A stretch of 63,973 bases of DNA, counting the filler, from Thelocarpon superellum (lineage: Eukaryota), in assembly GCA_026025795.1 (NCBI GenBank). It is 13 parts of 13 records of this genome, joined end to end, with 100 filler letters (N's around TTAATTAATTAA, not from the genome) between each part and the next. Parts side by side here need not be neighbours in the genome. Positions count along the whole stretch, not along the records: positions 10,265 to 15,249 come from JAPEUG010000724.1; positions 15,350 to 20,328 come from JAPEUG010000725.1; positions 20,429 to 25,394 come from JAPEUG010000726.1; 10 more parts are not named here. One strand, 5' to 3'. Below, piece after piece: positions 13,201-25,494 of the stretch. The position numbers and the translations under genes were made by a program. The notes below the pieces were generated by a model. That model worked only from the letters and a program-made list of their open reading frames with translations. It was not told where the DNA came from and did not search any database. Numbering within the stretch: position 1 is the first letter of the stretch; each line of letters begins with the position of its first letter.

Positions 13201-15064
13201 CCAGATCGTGGACGCGACGGCCCACAGGATGTATCGGTTCCGCAGATGGCGCAATTCCTCGGACCGTTTCTCATTCACAATCTGACCAAAGCGTTCCTCC
13301 CACGCGAAATACTTGATGATGCGGATGTTCTGGAGGACCTCGTTGGTGGTGTGGATCCGCGCGTCCGTGGCCTTCATCGTCTTGGCCTGGATGTTGCTAA
13401 ACTGCTTGGAAATGACGATGTTGACAGGTAGTAGCAAGACCATGATCCCGATGCCCGCTATCGAGCTGTATCCGAGGATGCGATAGAGCAGATAGATGGC
13501 GAGGACGAACTGCACCGGAGTGGAGGACCAGAGGAAATGGAGATAGGCGGTGACCTCGCCGACTTTGAAGGAGTCCACCGCCATCAAGTTGATGATCGTT
13601 CCTACATTTACCTGGGCATCGGAGCCTCCCTCTTTCTTCGGAGGTGGTTGGGGGTTCTGGGCCTGCTTGCCCTTGGCAAAGGTGCGCAAGCGCTTGAGAA
13701 GGCTTGGTCGAGCTTCCCTCTTGGCCTTGTCACCCAGCACCGTGTCGGAGGCGGCGGCGGCCTTGCGGCGCAGCGTCTTGGCGTAAATCTCGCCGAGGGT
13801 GAGGGCACGCAAGCGTAGCGAGATCCTGCGGCCTGTCCAGAGGGCTTGCCCATCCGCCAACGCTTGAGCCGCTCCGGTGAAGAAGAGTAGGATGACATAG
13901 AACCAGGCGGCATTGGCGGGGATACGATCAGGATCCTCCACATATTCCAGGATGGCTTTCAGGAGCAGGGTCGGAACGAAGGTCAAGACGCCGGAGAAGG
14001 CGGCCCAGCCCGCTTGGATCAAGAAGTCGCGACGGAAGTATTTGAGGAAATGCCAGGCTAGGCCAGAGGTTCTCCGGACCTGGCGAAAATCTCGCAGGAT
14101 GGCGGCAGCTTTGTCTTTCGGGGCCAGGTTCCACACGTCGGCCAGCTCAAACGGTCGCTGATATCCCTGCCACACGATGGCGTCCACCCACGAGAATGTC
14201 GCGAGAGAGAAGACACTGGCGAGCGGTTCTCTCGACGGCTGCAACCCATCTTCAATCTCGAGGACAACAGCCTTGTTCCCTTTACGCGTAGTGACGGCGA
14301 TGGTGCACAGCAGCGTGACCAGGGCGAATTCGGTAATGGTCAGGATCTGGGCGAGGAGGGAGCGTGGATGGATGATGGTGGAGCGGAAGATGAGAGTGGT
14401 ACAGAGCCACTGGAAAGCGTAGAGTAGGGCCGTGTGATACCAGACGGCAGGAAAGGAGTGCTGCGAGGCGCCCGCAAGGAGCAATCGCATTGACGTGAGC
14501 GCGAGGACATAAATCCACGACACCAGCCCTGCTACGATGGCCACCGTGCCATTGGGACCGCCAGCGTTCGTGACCAGTGCGGTGATGTGGATAGCCACCT
14601 CTCCGAGGACGGCCAACTCTTCGAGGACGATGGAGGTAAGCTTGCCACGGGGTCGGTCAACTTCGAGGACGGATTCATTGGTGTTGCTCTTGGTGCGTTG
14701 CAGGGACAAGTCGGGCTCATGTCCCTCGCCTTCATCGTCCAGAAAGGCTTGCTGCTCATTGTCGTCGACTAGAGTCTCGTACGAAGGAGTGGACGCATCT
14801 ACGGCCCCCCGTGGGCCGTGGCCATTGGGAAGGCCGGGATGGTCGACCGTCTGCGACGCTCGCAGGACCCGACGAGCGGTTTGCACCGAGAGAATCACGA
14901 AAGACAGCGCGCATGCAAGCAACGGAAGCAGAATCTGGAGAAAGCTGGTAGGCGATGTGAGTCAGACCTCCCCAACATGGCTAAACGGCGCTGAGGACTC
15001 ACTCTCTCTGGAAGCAATGCGTGAAGTCGTCCACCCTCCAGACGGGAGTGCACAGTCCAAACAT
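10265..15064 (-). CDS. ABCC/MRP-type ABC transporter (Ybt1/Bpt1-like vacuolar transporter), 3'-truncated
   Basis: First exon [21 protein letters not shown]. Two transmembrane domains; NBD1 with [22 protein letters not shown] and LLLDD; NBD2 with GRTGAGKSS. Introns near 14945-15002, 10857-10908 and 10447-10509. Confidence 0.93.
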
Positions 15065-15249
15065 GGCGGGACCGGGATCGGGCCGGGGCGGGCGGGGCGA
15101 AGGTAATTATCGTGGACGAGGTTGGAAGGCGAGGTTAAGGTGGGGCACGCCCAGGGCCTGCATCGAGCCGTCACGGCAGGCAGGATTCGTTTTCGTAGTC
15201 GTACATACCGCAACACGAAGCGGAAAGGACTGACATGAATCAGTGATGG

Positions 15250-15349
15250 NNNNNNNNNNNNNNNNNNNNNNNNNNNNNNNNNNNNNNNNNNNNTTAATTA
15301 ATTAANNNNNNNNNNNNNNNNNNNNNNNNNNNNNNNNNNNNNNNNNNNN
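15250..15349. other. Artificial contig linker
   Basis: 44 N + TTAATTAATTAA + 44 N. Confidence 0.98.
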
Positions 15350-15567
15350 GGTATCTGCCGTATGCAAGCTTTTCGACAAGATCTGATTCACGATCCAGTA
15401 GTTGCCTACGTCCATCAAGATCAGTCTCGGACAACGCCTGCAGTGAGCACCAATAGAACCCTACACCAGTACGCAATGGCCGGTTTGAATTTCTCTACCT
15501 GGTGGGCGCGTAGGGCGAAGCGGGCGAGGTCCGCCGACTTCAGCGTGGCCGGAAGGGGTGCCGCCAT
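15350..15567 (-). CDS. VTA1: ESCRT/Vps4 cofactor Vta1, N-terminus only, 3'-truncated
   Basis: Spliced product MAAPLPATLKSADLARFALRAHQVEKFKPAIAYWCNYWIVNQILSKSLHTAD matches the N-terminus of fungal Vta1. It is absent from the ORF track because of an intron. Confidence 0.85.
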
Positions 15568-15837
15568 GTTGTGTTGGGTTCTCTGCACTGAATCTAGACA
15601 CGGTGGATGCCGAGATATCTGTCTTCACCTACGCCGTCCTTGATGCGTCGTTGATGGAGCTCGGAGAGATTCCGGCCGTCAACGATACCGGGTCGATCGT
15701 TCGTCATGGGCCATCTAATCCCTGTCGCACTAAACCCCCACATAACCGTAAGCTCCGAGCTTCCAACTCTCCAGAAAACGCGACGGTGGCCTCTCCGCCA
15801 TATCGGACCTCCAAGTCATTAGCGACCAAGCCCAACA

Positions 15838-15934
15838 TCTCCTTTTCCTTCTCCTTCTCCTTCCCCTTCTCCTTCTCCTTCCCCTTCTCCTTCTCCTTCG
15901 CCTTCTCCTTCTCCTTCCCCTTCTCCTTCTCCTT
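15838..15934. repeat. (CTTCTC/CTTCCC)n hexanucleotide pyrimidine tract upstream of the PDI gene
   Basis: Directly visible; ends about 30 nt before ATG 15967. Confidence 0.93.
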
Positions 15935-15966
15935 ATTCTTTCCTTCTCGTATAGAGGGCCCCCAAC

Positions 15967-17591
15967 ATGGTACATACTGGTGGTCTAGCCGTGGCGGCGG
16001 CTGCTGCCGCTTTGTTGGCTTTGCCTGCAAGCGTGGCGGGCCTTTACGCCAAGAACTCTCCTGTCCTTCAAGTCGATGGCAAAAGTTATGAGCGACTCAT
16101 TGCAAGGTCAAATTACACTTCCGTGAGTTCAAGCACAGGTTGATGTACCCATGCATAGGAGGCTGACCCGCCCTTAGATTGTCGAGTAAGCTCCCCCTAC
16201 CTCTGCTTCCAACGGGGAGGACTCCCGACCCTTGCCCCCGCTCCCGCTCCATGTCGTCATTTTCTGACCATCATAGATTCTACGCGCCTTGGTGCGGGCA
16301 CTGTCGGAATCTACAACCTGCATACGAGAAAGCGGCGAAGAATCTCGCTGGTCTGGCGAAAGTGGCCGCCGTGGACTGTGATGTCGAATCCAACAAAGCG
16401 TTCTGCGGCAGCATGGGAGTTCAGGGGTTCCCGACACTAAAGATTGTACGACCAGGCAAGAAAGCAGGGCGGCCGAGCGTGGAAGACTACCAGGGTCCAC
16501 GAAACGCCAAGGGCATTGTCGATGCCGTCATCGAGAAGATTCCAAACCACGTCAAACGAATCGGCGACAAAGGGCTTGAGCAATGGCTCAAGGAAGGCAA
16601 CGACACTGCCAAAGCCATCTTGTTCTCGAACAAGGGGGTGACAAGCGCGCTTTTGAAGAGTCTGGCCATCGACTTCCTGGATGGCATCAGCTTCGCCCAG
16701 ATTCGTGACAAGGAAACAGACGCCGTGGCCACGTTCGGCATTACCCAGTACCCTACGCTGGTTCTACTTCCAGGCGGGACGCAGGACGGTTTCGTATACG
16801 ATGGAGAGATGAAGAAGGAACCGATGATTACCTTCCTCTCACAAGTGTCCCCCCCGAATCCGGACCCGGCGCCGAAGAAATCGAAGAGCACCAAGTCGAG
16901 CAAGAGCGCGACGGACAAGAAAGATCGTTCGAATTCCGCCAAGGACAAGACAGCCTTTGACAAGGCTTCGGCCTCGCATGCTTCGTCCGAGGCGTCTGAA
17001 GCCGCTGCGGGCGCGACCTCCATCATCGTGGAAGAGCCTGATCAGCCCACCGAGTCACCCGATCCGGCCGCCGCACCCGCTGATGCTCCCAAGCCTGTCA
17101 CCGTAGGTGAGCTTGCGCCACCGATCCCCACGGCAGCCACGACGGATGAACTTCAAAAGATATGTCTGGGCCCCAAGTCGAAGACGTGCGTCCTCGCTCT
17201 ACTGCCTCCTGTTGCCGAGGCAGACGCGCCACTCCCCGACGCAACGACCCAAGTGCTCAGCGCTCTAGCAGACATCTCGCACAAGCACGCCCAGCGCGAG
17301 TCCCACCTCTTCCCCTTCTACGCGGTACCCGAGGCCAATCCGGTTGCAGCGTCATTACGATCGAAGTTAGGACTGAGCAAGGATGACATGGAAGTCGTGG
17401 CCATCAACATTCGGCGCGGATGGTGGAACCGGTTGGTTGCGGAAGAGCTAGCGGTCGAACAGGTCGAGGATTGGATTGACGCCATTCGACTCGGCGAGGC
17501 TGGGAAGGAGATTTTACCGGGTGGAATCGTCTTGGAGGCTGAGGAACATGGAACGGAGAAGGAGAAGGCCGAAGAGCACGACGAGTTGTAG
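15967..17591 (+). CDS. MPD1: Protein disulfide isomerase-related protein (Mpd1/PrpA type)
   Basis: Signal peptide [25 protein letters not shown], introns 16123-16177 and 16186-16276, a single active site [12 protein letters not shown] and C-terminal HDEL. Confidence 0.92.
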
Positions 17592-18147
17592 CTATTTGTT
17601 ATGCATGTGCAATATGTTGTTGCGAGGCTCCATGAATGCCTGGGATACCAAACGTACAATTCTTAGATATGCCCATACTGCTTGAAGCCGCCAGGTCCCG
17701 AGACCATGTGTTTGATGTATCTCGATAGATCAAATATCAAATCTGTCATGAAACAAAACGCATACGGCACCGAGAGAAGGCCACGACTGAATCCTATAGC
17801 CCTCCAAAGGGATGAAGGAACTCTTCGGTGGTGAAGGTAGATGGTTTGCACAGGTCAACGGTTACTTTGCTCCATACCTGCGAAAGCAAGAGTGGGGTGA
17901 TTTCGTATCGATGAGACAACTGCAGCCTTGTATCTTATAGCGTCACTCTCGCATCTGAAAGAAAACAACGCAGGTACGAACACTGCTATGATGTAACGAA
18001 ATTCTCGCACGCCAACACTTTCTTCCGCATCTCTTTTGGCATCAAGGCGCAACGGATAGGGTATGCGGGATCTCCGAACACAGCGCGCTGTTCCGGCTTC
18101 TTTGAGAGTCCGCGACGGAACTGTGTTTGCATTAGCAAGTTGAAGGT

Positions 18148-19275
18148 TCACGATGCAATCGAATACCAGAGAGCTGCTTTGAACATGTCAAAGAGAGCCT
18201 CCACTGGCCATTCGAGGTCCATTTCTGATTTAGACCAGTAATCGGACTCACAATATGGACAATGGGTCCACATACGCGCATGTCGCGTAATAATCATCCT
18301 CATCTGAAGCTCGTGGCCTGGCTTAACGACCGGATGCCACGGGCCTTCCAGATTGATGTTCTGATTGGTTCTGGCATCCTCGAGGATGAATTCCTGTCTC
18401 TCAATCTTTCCAGGCGCCTTATTCCTGAAGCGCACTTCAGAGCAAGGAAAGCCTCAGCCGAATCGATAAAGTCCAAATGGAAGGGCATGCGCTTATCACA
18501 TGCGTCTCGGAGGATAACAAATTGTTGAAGTTCGACTTGACGCGGGATCTCGCGCTGAATTTGCTGGGCGATCTGTATCTGGCGAAAGCTCTCTACCAAT
18601 GAATGAACCGTCCGGTTTTGGTCGAGTGCAAGACTGTGGAGTGACTCGGTCCGCTGAACAACGACCGATTGGGCTGCCGTCGTAGCTTTCTGTTGCTCAC
18701 AGATATCCGAAAGACCAGCGGCTTGCTCGGACCTTTGAGCCTGCACCTGGCTCCTGCATGATAACACCTCTCAGTTTCCGATTCAACCAGGAGTGGTGGA
18801 ATAAAGATGATAATTTCAACATCAACGCAGAAATGAGGAAACATTATCCGTACATCTGAACAGCGGTCAAGAGCAAGTTGATTGACGAGGTATGGGACTC
18901 GACTTGTGATCGAAACTTCTGGACATCTTCGCTCATGCACGTGGCCCATTGGAACTTCTTCAGACCCGCACGAAATCCCGAAGCCGAAGAATTCAGTCGT
19001 GGCGTTAAGGGAGCCATCCTTCGGATGAAGGTGTCGATGCATTGCTGGCATTGGCGGACGGCCAGGTTGACGGCCAAGAACAGACCGCCCTAGGCGTTAT
19101 CGACAGAGACCTCTTTGACGGCACTCATGGCTCGCTGGAGGCTGTAGAGCTCGGCGACTAGTTCGCAGTAGTCCGCGGGTGCTTCTGCGCTCTCCTCGAG
19201 GGCATTGATGAGGTCACCGAGAAGGCCGATGGCCGTGACAAAGTCACCGGGCGAGAAGCTCAGTGGTGTTGACAT
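18148..19275 (-). pseudogene. Disrupted gene: HeLo-like/SesA-type fungal STAND N-terminal domain plus fungal ubiquitin-like domain (3' end uncertain)
   Basis: MSTPLSFSPGDFVTAIGLL..ELVAELYSLQRAM...KKFQWA..EDVQKFRSQVESHTSSINLLL N-terminal domain, then QQFVILRDACDKRMPFHLDFIDSAEAFLA / VRF..KIERQEFILED..PW..VKPGHELQMRMI. In-frame TAG at 19090-19092 and a 1-nt frameshift near 18436. Confidence 0.72.
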
Positions 19276-20328
19276 GGCGATTTCCTCTAACGAAGACGGG
19301 TGCTAAAGCATTCCAAGGGTCCTCATCGTCGTTTCACCTACCTCTGCAGAGCAAGACCTGTGGGCTATCATCTCGAGGTATACTTCGCAGTGAGGATGCG
19401 AGGAATCATCTTCGTTTTCTCCTCGAGCCGACAGCCACCCTGCGGCAAGGCTGTCAGCGAACACAGCCACGCCGACAGCGCATACCACCAATTAGAGCAA
19501 GCAAAAGCGTTCGAGGACAAGCCTTGTGAAACGTCTCTCGAACAAGGCCTATCTCGCACCCAAGAAGTAAGAGTGTTCGTTGGAGGTAGAAGTCCATGGA
19601 CTCGCAGCACTCGAGTGCTAAAAGCAGGTCTCGGCCGGCGAGGTAGACGGGATTGATTCCTACGACGGGAACATGGTGCAGAGCCACCATGAGCCGAGGA
19701 GGTCGAAATCTCAGGATTCCTCCCGAAGACGGTAGAATAGCTGGTGTAGGTCTGGGGCCATTCAAGAACGAGTCCAGGATAGGCCACCTGGGCCGGTATC
19801 GTTTGAGTTCGCCCATCCTAAGCCTCCTTTGTCGTTGTCATTCCTTTCTTTAGTTATCTGCACATATATCCAGCCACCAACAGCGTTGAGTCACATACAA
19901 CTCTTACCAGTTCAGACGATAAGTTACCAGGCAACCTGGCACGCTTTCCATCTCTCCCCGAGCCTTACATTCTTGACCCTAAGTGTCGCTAACGCCAGTG
20001 ACTGCTATTAGCAATCACCGCACAAAAGTATTACGGTGGACAGGTCACGAGCAGACTGACGAGGCTAGCTTCTTGCGTCAAAGGGCTCATTTCTCCAACT
20101 CGTACAACTGGTGCAACTCCATCTCTTCTTGAATGAAATCTGATCTTGATTGATCTAATCAATTGTCCTTTCCTTCATGTATGGTTGCCATGATGATCGA
20201 GCTCTGCTCCGTATTGCTCTGGGGTGGTCTTTGGACCGCATCCACATCCGTGAAAAGAGCTCTCGGACCACCCACATCGTTGAGGAATGTGAATGATGAA
20301 AGCGTCAGCGCTGACCTTGTGTGTTTCC

Positions 20329-20428
20329 NNNNNNNNNNNNNNNNNNNNNNNNNNNNNNNNNNNNNNNNNNNNTTAATTAATTAANNNNNNNNNNNNNNNN
20401 NNNNNNNNNNNNNNNNNNNNNNNNNNNN
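20329..20428. other. Artificial contig linker
   Basis: 44 N + TTAATTAATTAA + 44 N. Confidence 0.98.
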
Positions 20429-23400
20429 ATTCTACGCTCGTCCCTCTCTTCTCTCTTGCAGCCAGAGGCAGGATTGCCCTCTCCTGCCCTATCGAGATCT
20501 CCTTTCCCAGAGCGACAGGCAGCTATCCCTGTCACGGCCGTCCCCTGCAGGATTAGATATGTCTTACATCCACGTGGATGAGAGCGGGCGGGTAAGAGGG
20601 GAAGCATGCCCGAGCGAGATTGGCGTGGTCGATGAAAGCATGGAAGCATGGTCGTCAGGGACCCGGCTTCCATGGGGAAGCGGTCAAAGCACAATGTCAT
20701 TGTCGGTCGGTACCTTGGCGGCCGGGCTGAAACACACACAGATCATGGCCGAGATCATGATTACACCGTCGGTTGCGGGCTGACTTGCACGTCCGTGACA
20801 TCCTGTCCTCTCATCCTTCTCCGTCCGGGACGAGGGAGCATCCTTCGGGGGTGCGGAGGTGGGTCGGCGGCCGAAGCGGCGACCGGGCGTCAACAAGGAC
20901 CATGCCGGAGAGCGGAAATCCTCTTCGCTGGAATCGAAACTGGTCAGCCATCTTGCTGCCGTGACATTCGTATTCGTTCCTAGCCCTCCCTTATTCGAGG
21001 CTGATATTGCCTGTCGCTCGACCCGACCATCGCAGAGAGTGCTCGGCCGGACCAATGACGGCCGCTCAGGCATACGCAGGCCACGAGAGTCGGGACGCAT
21101 GAGAAGATTCTTGTGAAGAGCCCAGACTGCTGGCCTGCCAGGGGCGCGCGGTGTATCTGCTGTTCTTTCTGGCATCAACAGACATCGCGAGTGCGCGAGC
21201 GAGAGGTGGGAACCCGACCCACCACATCCCGCCCGCGGAATACCCACGCCTTATTTCGAAAAATGAGTCGGACCTCAGCTCACGGGAAGGAACTTGACGC
21301 GATAGGATCACTGCACTTTGGGAAGGACGTGCAGTGGACGGTGCTTGCCAATGCGTGTGGCGTGGGGGCCGGACACGTCAATGAAGGTTGGTCGGCGCAG
21401 CCGGCCATCAAGTGAGGGATAGCAAGGATGTAGTAGTCATGTTTCGAAGACAATGGTGACTTGCTCTACCGGGGAATCTATCCATCACTGCCAGGACGAA
21501 GGTTTCTAATAGGCTTTCCTTGCCTGCCGGACACCGACCAACACCGACCAACACCGTGAGCCGAGTACAAGACAGCCTGAGCGCACGTTCTTCTTTCATG
21601 AGCATCGAGGTCGCTGCTGTCAGCAGCTACGTCGGGCGGGTGTCGCTCATGGACCAGGGCTCGACCAGCGTCACAGCCTACGCCGTCCTTCACATCCCAG
21701 TCCCCAGCGAACGACGGGGCGGGTCTGGTGGATTCTCCTCGCCTCCGCGAAGAGAACTACCGGGTCTGTTGCGAGTAGTAGCGCTCAGGACAGGAGGCCG
21801 CCGCTCCACCCGACGCTCTGGTCTCATCGGTCAATCCTGGCCACGACGTGGTTGGAGATGCGCCAGGTGTGTGACCTCGCCGCCGACGACCTCCCCGTCT
21901 CCCCGGCTCCGTCGACGGAATAGGGAGGCCAAGCCGAGGACGGTGAGGATCGATCTCGCACTCGTAGCAAATCGCGTCGGGCACGACCGCCGCCTGATCG
22001 TGGCCGGACAATTAACGCATGGCATCCGCAGCTCACGACGCACAACTCGTGTGGGCCTCGTCGCCCGTGAGCCAGTCGTTCGGGCGGTGGAGCCGCGCCA
22101 TCGCCGCCAGGCCGCGTGGTTTCCAGCCCTTACTGGGCCGTGGCTGCAGCTCTCCAGCGTGGTGGGTTCCGATTTCATCGCTACGGGCCAAGGACCTAAG
22201 CCGCCAACGAATGTGACCGGTAGCGCCCACGTCGTTTCGTTCACCCTCCGCGCCTCAGACAGACTCACTTCAGCCCGCCGGGTGGGATGACGGCAAGCCG
22301 ACGCGAGCGCGGCCTTCTCTCCTAGGTGGCGGAGGCGCAAGATGCCCACAGACCCCTCGTCGCTGCCCCCATTCTCTACCAGCGAGCGTCGGCGACGCCG
22401 CTCAGCATGCCCTTACGTCGCCGATACCGAACAGCCACCAAACCGCCTAACCCGCACCGACGCCATCATCAATGAGTAATCGCCCACCGTACTAAGGTAT
22501 GCCTGCTGCGGTGACCAGCCCTCCAGCACACTGCGCGAACCGATGGCCGAGGGGAATGCGGGTCCTCTAGCGCCGCTAGCGTGACGGTCGGGTGGCTCGG
22601 CTGGAGAGGAAGGGCTGGGCTGGGTAAGGAGCAAATGATGGCGTGTCCCAACCGATGATGCGATCCACCCTTCCCTTCCCCCCATGCCCGCCCATGCCAG
22701 AAATTAGCGGCGAAGGCGAGAGTTCACCCGGTCCGTGGCCCTTACCTAAGGGACCCGCTCGGTAAGGTCGGAGGAACGTGACCAAGGGAAGGCCCGAAGT
22801 CGCATCTGCACGCGATCCAGATTCTGATCGTCGATCGCACTAAGGATCGTCTCCAGGCACCATGGAGCGGATAATGCCAAGAGCGCCAATGGACGCCAGA
22901 CTCCCGCTGCCCGTCAAGACTTGCCGTCGCCGTGCGCCCAAGCTTCGGGCAGAGTCGCGGCTGCCTGCCCTACCATGCCATCCCACCCGGAGAACAGACA
23001 GTCGGGCGAGCCTGACGTGCCACTTCTTCCACACCAAAGCCCCCCACCCTGTCCTCCTTTCACCAGTCCCTGCTGTACCGGCGGCGCCCTGGACGGCTCT
23101 TACGGCTAACAGGTCGATGTGGTCGAAAGTAGTGCCCTCGGGCCTAGAGATGATGGCCAACATTCGGATTAGCGCGTCCACCGGGCGCACACTCTCCGTG
23201 GTGATACGGATCCTCGTCCAATCTCCGGCCCGTCGCGGCTTTTAGTCCAGGAAGCCGAATGAACAGAGCCTATTCACGTGCCGGAAAAGACCGCGAGCGA
23301 TGTGATTATGGCATCTTGACTAAAGTGCTGGAGTGGAGCACGTCTCTTGCCCACGACCGGCGACTAGCGACCAGCGGCCAGCGACCAACGCCAGGTGAAC

Positions 23401-25394
23401 TTCTCCGTAGCAATGACTCTAGCCCCCATGGTATTTCAGCTTACGGATAGCGTGAAGATTTGCCGACCTCTCCATGGTGGCTGACTTTCTCGAAACGCTC
23501 CGTGGCGCAGTGACACCATCAACTGCAATGATCACGGACCGCTGACGAGCTGGCCCCGCCAGTTTACCCTCGACGAATCGTCGCCGTCCGCGTGCACAGT
23601 AGAAGTGCGGTCTACCCGGACAGGCAATAGCGGAAGCTGGTGGGCGCACAAGGGATCGGTCGCTGCTTGCCACCAGCCTCGTGGTGCATCGAAGAAACAC
23701 GGTAACGGCTACCCGTTGGCAGCTCTCGCAGTCGGTCCTCACTAATGATAGGTCCGAGTCCGCCGTCGCTGTATCAGATCCCATCTGGCGATCCGAGTGG
23801 CGCCCGACCACCATTTTGTGATCGCTTGCACTTCCTGCTCAGGATCATGGGCAGAGACGACTAATCTTCCCCTACGTCCGTGGGGAATGTGCTTGGCGGT
23901 GTGGCTTCGAGGCCGATGACGCCGACAGCGGGGCCAAGGGTGCATAGTGATGTGACACCGGTTCCCACATGTTTGTCCCCATCGGCTCCGGTCAAGGGGC
24001 CACGGATGACTGAGACGCGACGGGCTGGCCAGGGGAGCATGGAAGGTCCTGGTATCGCGGGCTTCGACGCTGCACCTACGCTCTAGTGGGACGAAAGAGC
24101 AGTCCTGGAGATGGTGCCGCGAAGGATGGCCAGGAAGGGTCGGCGGAGAAGCGGCTTGCACGGGCAGGAACTCGAAGTAAGGATCCAAATTGCCCTCATC
24201 CATTCTGACGGCGATATCCGTCGCCGTTCCTGCGATACCAGTTCGTTCGGCTCGAGTGTCTCGTTGAAGACGCCGTACACACACATCTCTCGCCGGACCC
24301 ACCGCAGCATGCCAAGGTAGCTGGACCCTGGAGTGCTCGTGGACCGGAGGATGTGCCGACTTCGCTCTGCGAATCGCGGCGAAAGCTGGTCGGTGAGACG
24401 CCGTCAAGTGGCGTCCGTGGTCATATGGCGAGGCATGTTCCGGCGAGGACGTGACATTATTCCGTAAACCCTCGTACTACCCACCGGCCTTCCACGCTGT
24501 CTTCGAAAGGCGAACTTGCAGCTAGCCTGCATATGCACGTACACGGATCAGGAACGACCCCGTCGGCCACGGTCAACAATCGAGCAGCATGTGGTGATGT
24601 CCCTGGAGTTTGCCGTGAGCCAGCCCTCGCCTGTGCTGCCCGTCTACCGAAGCAATGCTTGTCGGGTCGGATGCCTCACCTTCGAGCCACCCTCGGCGCA
24701 TTTCGCCGGACCCCTACATCTGTCATCGGCACGGCACCTTCATCCAAGTCCGTAGTACTTGGATGTGCCTTGCTCCGTCCGACGCGCCCCACATTTTCTT
24801 GGGGGCCGCAAGTGGTCTCCTAGCGCCAGGGTAGCCATTTTGGACAGCCTCTCCAGCACCAGCTGCCTCTCGCCAATCGTAGCACCTACTCGTAGGCTCA
24901 ACCTGCACGCCGCCAGGCCACCGGCACTTTTAGACGAGAGGCGTCCGACCTTGCGCGGCCCAGCACCCACCCGTTCGGGCCAGGCGGAAGGGTGCTCCCG
25001 CGCCCGGCCGTCTCCCCGCTGGCCACTCATCAACGCCTGACAAATTTACCAACCCGTACGCTCGTCCACTCCCTCGGCGTGACCGACGCTGAGAGGGCGT
25101 GCCGGCGTCGGTCACGCATTCAGCGCTGGGCCATCTCAGGACCACGACCACGGGGCCGGGCGACGCCCAACTCCCACCCTAAACTGTCATCGCCGTCGAC
25201 CTTCACCCGCATACGGACGCCCATCGGCGCCTCACGGCAAGGGTGCATACGCCCATCACCATCCATGATCCAGGTTCACTCTGCCCCTGGAAGGCTTGTC
25301 TTTGGCGCCGCCCGTCGGGGACGCATTCACCTGGTGGACTGGCCGAGCGGCGCAGGTACGTGCCACATTCAGAATCGGGCTTCGACGAGGACAA

Positions 25395-25494
25395 NNNNNN
25401 NNNNNNNNNNNNNNNNNNNNNNNNNNNNNNNNNNNNNNTTAATTAATTAANNNNNNNNNNNNNNNNNNNNNNNNNNNNNNNNNNNNNNNNNNNN
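25395..25494. other. Artificial contig linker
   Basis: 44 N + TTAATTAATTAA + 44 N. Confidence 0.98.

Noticed and set aside
15558..16091. (KE)n, (FS)n and poly-Arg ORFs
   Set aside because: These are translations of the CTTCTC tract in the VTA1/MPD1 intergenic region.
17589..17594. TAG-CTA readthrough context at the MPD1 stop
   Set aside because: The established fungal motif is TGA-CTA, and the extension ends in no targeting signal and would only mask HDEL.
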